Shown here piece after piece: positions 49,743 through 55,097 of a stretch of DNA of 55,097 nucleotides. Source of the DNA: Pelomyxa schiedti (lineage: Eukaryota; Protista; Evosea); contig JAHLWZ010000141.1 in the NCBI GenBank assembly GCA_020536535.1, positions 1-55,097 on the forward strand. Reading direction: 5' to 3'. Position 1 is the stretch's first letter. Every line of letters begins with the position of its first letter. Under the pieces are notes generated by a model. It did not search any database. It had not been told where the DNA came from and saw only the letters and a program-made list of their open reading frames with translations. Position numbers and translations under genes: made by a program.

Positions 49743-52700
49743 ATGGGTGATCACTTTAACATGATGATGCTGGGAGACTCTGGGGTTGGGAAAACATGTG
49801 CAATTCTGCGGTAAAGTCTATGTGATTTTGTGTGTTCATTTAAATTGGTTGCGCTAACTGGGAAAAAGATTGTGCCCTCCAAGTGAGAACTACATTCCCG
49901 ACATATGGGAACCTGTACATTTTTTTTTTTTTGTTTTTTTTTGTTTTGTTTTTCCCCCTTTTTTTTTTTTTTATCCTGCCACTAAACAGCCTGTATTTTC
50001 ATTTTTTTATTCTCTACTTTGAAGCCTGGGAAGAGCACTGTTGTTGATGGCAAAGTGTGCTACTTGGAATTGCGGGAAGGGTGAGTTTGTTCCACATACT
50101 GCCTTTTCTCAATGATGCCCAATTTCCAATCCATACAGGTGTGGCTGTGAGGATTATGATAGACTGAGACCTCTAGAGTATATTTTTTTCTTTTTTTTTT
50201 TCTTGTACAACTTAGTGAAGGAATGGCAGGTATCCAGTAATTGACATATTTTGTTTATGCTTCTCTATACAGTGCCGCCCTTCATTTGTCAATGCAACCA
50301 CCAAATGGATACGAGAGATCCGGAAGTTTTGTCCACAGGTAACCATTTCAACGTTTTTAAATACATTAACGTCTTTGATATAAGATTCCCGTCATTCTAG
50401 TTGGAATGAAATCCGATCTGATTGGAGTTATTTCTTCCCAAGAGCAGGTGCTTTATACCATCGGTTTTAGACGCTAATTTCTTACAGACAAATGAACGTG
50501 GTTGGGGCCCACAAGTAAAATTTGAAGAAGGCATTCTTGAAGCTAAGAAAATGCAGGCATATGGTTACATTCAGTGCAGGTGAGCAACAAAAGAGTTTAT
50601 TCAATTGTCTGAATACTTTTACAGTGCAATTACACAAAGTGGACTTGAGCTCCTTGCCAATGAAGCAGTGAGAGTCTGTCGCTTTCCAGTCGAGACTGCA
50701 TCATGGCTCGGTTTTTCTTGGTTATCAAGGACTAACACAGGAGAAACCCAGCAAGAGCTTTCAACAGATCGGACAAGGAAAACTGTCAATACAGATCTTT
50801 CTGTTTGGACAAATCTTGAGCCCAGCATACCGCGGTTGTAGACTTATCATCACATTTTCTCTATTTTAGCTCATATCATCCATTTTGAAACCAGATTTGG
50901 CCATGCTGCTGTGGTAATTGGTCCTATAATGTTCATTCCAGTTTTTACTATTTGAGACATTGATTCCATAAAGGTACATCTTGGGTGGAAGCAATTTTTA
51001 CCACTTGACACAAAACTGTGAGGTTGTGTGGCCTTCTTTTTTGGAGGTACTACTGGCTGATTCACCTGCTCAAAAAAGGTCCTGCGGTTCGATACAGTAG
51101 CAGAGAAATGGCTTCCCTCTATGCCATTGCCAGTTGATTTCTGTGGTACAGTGTTTCCATGTGCAATTGCGCACCTGGGTTCTTTCTTTGCATTTGGTAC
51201 CAATCTCTTATTGGCCTTTAATAACTCTGATGTCTTCTTTTTAGGTGGGAGAAGTTCAAGATATTCCAATCAACTTCTTGTTGGAACACCAGATAGGGTG
51301 GAGTTAGTTTTCTTGCAACCCATAGTGGCCTCTTACATTACATCCTCATATCCAGGCCATATTTGCATATTAAGTTCATCAGCTGTGGGTCGTCTCCCCC
51401 ACCGAGATTTGGTGCTTCAACTGTATCCTATGGAAAAAATATGGTTATATTCGGAGGATTTGACTCTGTTACCAGCGTGCCTTGTAATGATATTTTCTCT
51501 CTTTCTTTTTCAGACTTTTCTTGGAAAACTTTGGTATGCTGCTTTTATTGACATTAGATGTCATGCCCAAATTTTCTTTAGGAACACACTGACCCTTTTC
51601 CTGCACCAAGATACCATCACACTTCTGTATTATTCAAATCCACAATGATAATGTGGTTCTGCTGTGTCGGGTTGAATCAAGACTAAGCATTCCCTCTTTT
51701 TTTTTTTTTTTTATTCAGATATGGCGGACTTGGAGAAACGGGATGGCTTGGTGACCTATGGGTAATTGATCTTGACAAAATGGTCCAAAGTACCATTATG
51801 ATAAATTCCTAAATCTAAAAAAAAAAGTCTTGCGTACCACTACTCACAAGTGGAAATGCCCCACCACCTATGAGAGGACATGCTGCATGTGTCGCTCAAG
51901 GATCCATGTTCATCTTTGGGTTTGACATCCCCCCATTTTTTTGCAGTGGGGAAAAGGAGAAAGAATTATGTTTAACGTAGAAATACAGCTGTGCACAGAA
52001 TAGCTCTGTTGGGAAACTTTTCCGGCTAGCTTTGCACCAGTATGTGTTTCTTTTTTAGAGGAGAGTTCTGAAGAGATTAGATATGTGTGGACAGAAATTT
52101 CTGTTGGGGGCACTCCAATTGGACGAGACTTTCATTCTATGGTGTGCCTCAAAGATCGATTCTTGATTATGTAAGCCACACTTTCTTGGCTATTTCATCG
52201 GACCTATCCTAGATTTGGGGGTCAAATGAGAACCTCCAGAGCAGAAGACGTCCTTGGCGATTGCTGTTCCCTGGATATTGGACCAGGGACACTCGTTTTT
52301 GATGTTCTTCCTGAGGAAATATGGAAAGGTATCACGAAGTACTTGACTTTCATAAAGCCCAAGCTTTTCCTTTCTTGAAGACATTCTACACTACTTGACA
52401 TTTGCGGAGTTAATTCGAGTTTCGCGTACCTGCCGAACACTTCATAGAATTGCTAAAAGTGAGCCGTTGTGGACCAACGCGTACAATGGAGATTGGGGGA
52501 TACCTTCTGTTGATGGAGCACGAATATTTTGGAAGAACTCTACATTTATCAATGGGAAGAAGCCGCCACCAGTAGAGTCCAAGGCCGGTTTTCTTGTATG
52601 TTTTATCCCCTGGAAACATCCTAATGAAAGCAACAACTGTTGTAATTCAGAACTTTCTCAAATTTGGGAATCCTGCTGAACAGTCTGTATGCTTCGGGCC

Positions 52701-53230
52701 ACAATGCACAGTGAAAATGTGGGATGGGTCGCGCAAGAAAATGAAGAACCTTCTTGTTGGAGATGCAGTAGAAACAGGGGACAGGTGCAGAGCCCAAGTG
52801 ATATGCATTTGGAGGTCAGGGGCAGATTGTTATTTAATTAAAAAACAAACTCACTATTCCCAGGAATGTGGTATCTGGACCCACTGGTATAATCACACGC
52901 AGATTTGACAGTAACGATACATTGGAAATAACTCCGGACCACCCGATCCTCCACAATTCCAAATGGGTTCTGCCATCGGCTCTCAACATTCCCACCTGCA
53001 ACCGCGACATTCCATTCCTCTATAACATTGTTGTCAAACCAGAATCCGAGGCCACTCTCACAGCAACAGCCACAACAGTAATGGCAGGTGGGATTATTTG
53101 CAGTACTCTGGGTACACCGGTTCCTGAACCACTCTTTGATCCGTTTTGGAGTTCCAATCAAGTAATTGAATGGTTACATTTGCGTCCAGACTTCCCAAAT
53201 GTTGTCACTACCCCCGCACCTTTCTTGTGA
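49743..53230 (+). CDS. Multidomain protein: atypical Rho-like GTPase - Kelch repeats - F-box - Hint (Vint-type) domain
   Basis: GTPase: GDSGVGKT, YIPD, EDYDRLRPL|YP, KWIREIRKFCP, LVGMKSDL, C|SA. Intron 50835-50894 joins WTNLEPSIPR|FGHAAVVIGPI|MYILGG (Kelch). Further blades PPPRFGAS..IFGG, PAPRYHHT..YGG, PPPMRGHA, PIGRDFHS..FGG. F-box FDVLPEEIWK|DILHYLTFAELIRVSRTCRTLHRIAKSEPLW. Hint: CFGPQCTVKMWDGSRKKMKNLLVGDAV...LEITPDHPI...LYNIVV...GGIICSTLG. Confidence 0.8.
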
Positions 53231-53289
53231 TTGAGAGGAAAGAATGACCCACCATACAAGATACTACAACAATTTTTCCTTTTTTTTTT

Positions 53290-54589
53290 CTATGCTTTAC
53301 CAGACCAAACTGGCACAACATTTTCCATCATAAACTCAGCAACTCCGGGAGGCAGTGATTGATTCAATAACTCCAGGTTGCCTTCCCTTGCGGCATTTCT
53401 CACAGCAGTTGAGCTGATGTCCTGCAAGTCACCTGGTATGAGTGTGATGCCGTTGTTCTTTTGCACAGGCAGGCAGTGGTGGAAGCTGCTTTTAAGAATG
53501 TTCTCCAGCTCTTGTGTGTGACTTGGGCGGCCTAAAACGACCCAGCTGCAATGCGGCCGTGCCCACGCAGAGCACCTCAGCACAACATCAGCGCCATGCA
53601 TTTCTCTCACAGTTATATTCTGGCCTGCGTAGCATACATACATTGATAAGGATAAGAGGGCCATTACGATAGGAAAAAAGGAAAAAAGGGAAGGGGGAAG
53701 GAATAGAATAATATACCAGGAAAATCACGAGCGAGTTGCTTTTCTATGAGGTCTCTGGTTTTTCCTCCACTGGCATAACCCCAAGGGCATACATCAATCC
53801 AGGTGGACTGGGAGGCAGCGATTCTGACTGGAATTGGCGACGAAAACAATTCAGAGGGGAGGGAGGTGGGAAGTACTGGCACATCGAATTTCGGGCAGGA
53901 AGGTTGATGAAATCATTGCCCAGTTTGGAGGCAACATACTGATCTGAAGATGGACAAAGAAATCCCCCAACAACCTGTGCATAATTTGGGATGTATCATG
54001 GAAAAAAACAAAGTGGGAGGGAAGGAAAAAAAAGAAAGAGATTTTATATTTCAAAGACAGAGGAACCTTTGTCATACTATCACTGGATTCTATGAAATCC
54101 TTAGCCCGTGCAAACATTTCCAGGTGCATCCTATGTACTACACAAGAATAAAATGGGGTTTACAAAAAAAGGAAAAAGAAAAATACAAGTTCAAAGAAAT
54201 AGAGAGGAGAAAAACATCCACAAGTAACAGCCACAGCCACAGCCACAGCCACAGCAACACAAACCTGGAGCAAATGAGCCTGAGCTCATCAGCACCACAA
54301 GCCGCCACCTTGTCCCTTTGCCCTTGCCCCCGCCCCTGCTCGTGCCGCCACTACCGCACGACGACGACGTGGTGCTGCTGCTGGTGGTGGTGGAGGAGGA
54401 GGACGAAGTGGTGGTGGCGGTGGGGGGAGCGGGAGGGGGGCGCGGGGCCAGGAGGGCGGAGAGGGCAGAGGACAGCTTGGTGGTGGGCACGGGGTGGGCG
54501 CCGGGGTTGGCCTCCGTGTTGTGTGACCGGAATCCCCTGCCGCCGCCGCTGCTGCTGCCGCCTACGTAGCGTGGGGGTGCTGCTGCCAT
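53290..54589 (-). CDS. NMNAT: NMN/NaMN adenylyltransferase-like nucleotidyltransferase with low-complexity N-terminal extension
   Basis: RLVVLMSSGSFAP|VHRMHLEMFARAKDFIE (GSFxP-x-HxxH); STWIDVCPW; GAD; DISSTAVR (ISST motif). ATG at 54589. Confidence 0.82.
54229..54255. repeat. (AGCCAC)n hexamer microsatellite within an NMNAT intron
   Basis: agccacagccacagccacagccacagc downstream of the minus-strand GTTTGT donor. Confidence 0.8.
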
Positions 54590-54629
54590 GTCCACTCTTT
54601 CGGGAAGGTACCCCAAACGACAACAATCA

Positions 54630-55097
54630 AGCTAAGGTGTGGCCAAGTTGGTGTGACCTGCGGTTCTGGGGTGAAGGGAAGACTGATCAGGTACCGCAGC
54701 TACGGTGCACAAAGGTGTGCCAATTAGAGGAAGGGATCCTGCATAGTTTTTGACAAAGACCGAGAAACTGTGAAGATTTCCCTTTTTGTAACCTGTAGCC
54801 CGAACAGCGGGGAAACCCGGTGCATGCGGATGCCTAAGTTGCCGTGGACTCAGTCACCTCAATGCCCCCAATGAAGATAATTTTTTCTTTTTTTTTTTTT
54901 TTTTGTCTGTTCTGGCTACTGGAAAACAACAGCAACAACAAGGGTGTTTCACCTTTGTGTCAAAAAAAGGTCTGTCTCCTCTTTTGTTGTGTGAGGGGGA
55001 GGAAGCAACAAGAAAAGAAAAAAAAAGGGCATACTGGACGGTTGCAGTTGGGAATCATGGTGCAAGCTGAATAATTTGGAACTGGGTTAGTTGCGGA
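54630..55097 (-). CDS. Possible 3' end of a spliced gene truncated by the window edge
   Basis: Minus-strand GTATGC donor near 55030 followed by a poly-T tract; open frame ...GNLHSFSVFVKNYAGSLPLIGTP...LATP*. No domain recognised. Confidence 0.25.

Noticed and set aside
50605-50841. Stand-alone Rho GTPase ending SIPRL*
   Set aside because: No CaaX or polybasic tail, and a GT-AG intron at 50835-50894 completes a perfect Kelch R-FGH motif, so fusion is the better model (cDNA still needed).

Overview
55-kb window of an intron-dense, gene-compact eukaryotic genome. Introns are short GT-AG, mostly about 40-100 nt, and intergenic spacers are mostly under 300 nt. Two 100-N scaffold gaps near 2.8 and 4.1 kb carry local misassembly. 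About 26 protein-coding genes can be pieced together by manual splicing; no rRNA, tRNA, CRISPR or transposase is supported. Gene content (Shk-type kinase-SH2, WASP-like protein, epsilon-tubulin, kinesin-2, an anaerobe-type DUF3795 gene) suggests a flagellate anaerobic amoebozoan such as an archamoeba (Pelomyxa-like); this is inference only. Ordinary genes: SAM protein, double-UBA protein, two DUF4062-NACHT-TPR proteins, P-type ATPase, receptor adenylyl cyclase, histidine acid phosphatase, two-RRM protein, PRL phosphatase, SPRY protein, RCC1-like protein, NMNAT. Main candidate for a new system: one spliced gene (49743-53230) that appears to fuse an atypical Rho-like GTPase, a Kelch propeller, an F-box and a C-terminal Vint-type Hint (self-cleaving) domain. 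Other highlights: a WASP-like Arp2/3 activator led by a C2 domain instead of WH1; ten copies of an unrecognised L-x-H-R-x-A-M-D-F peptide repeat; a diverged inverted duplication that gives two convergent genes the same last intron and forms a ~340-nt hairpin; and several lateral-transfer candidates. All exon models are hand-derived and untested.
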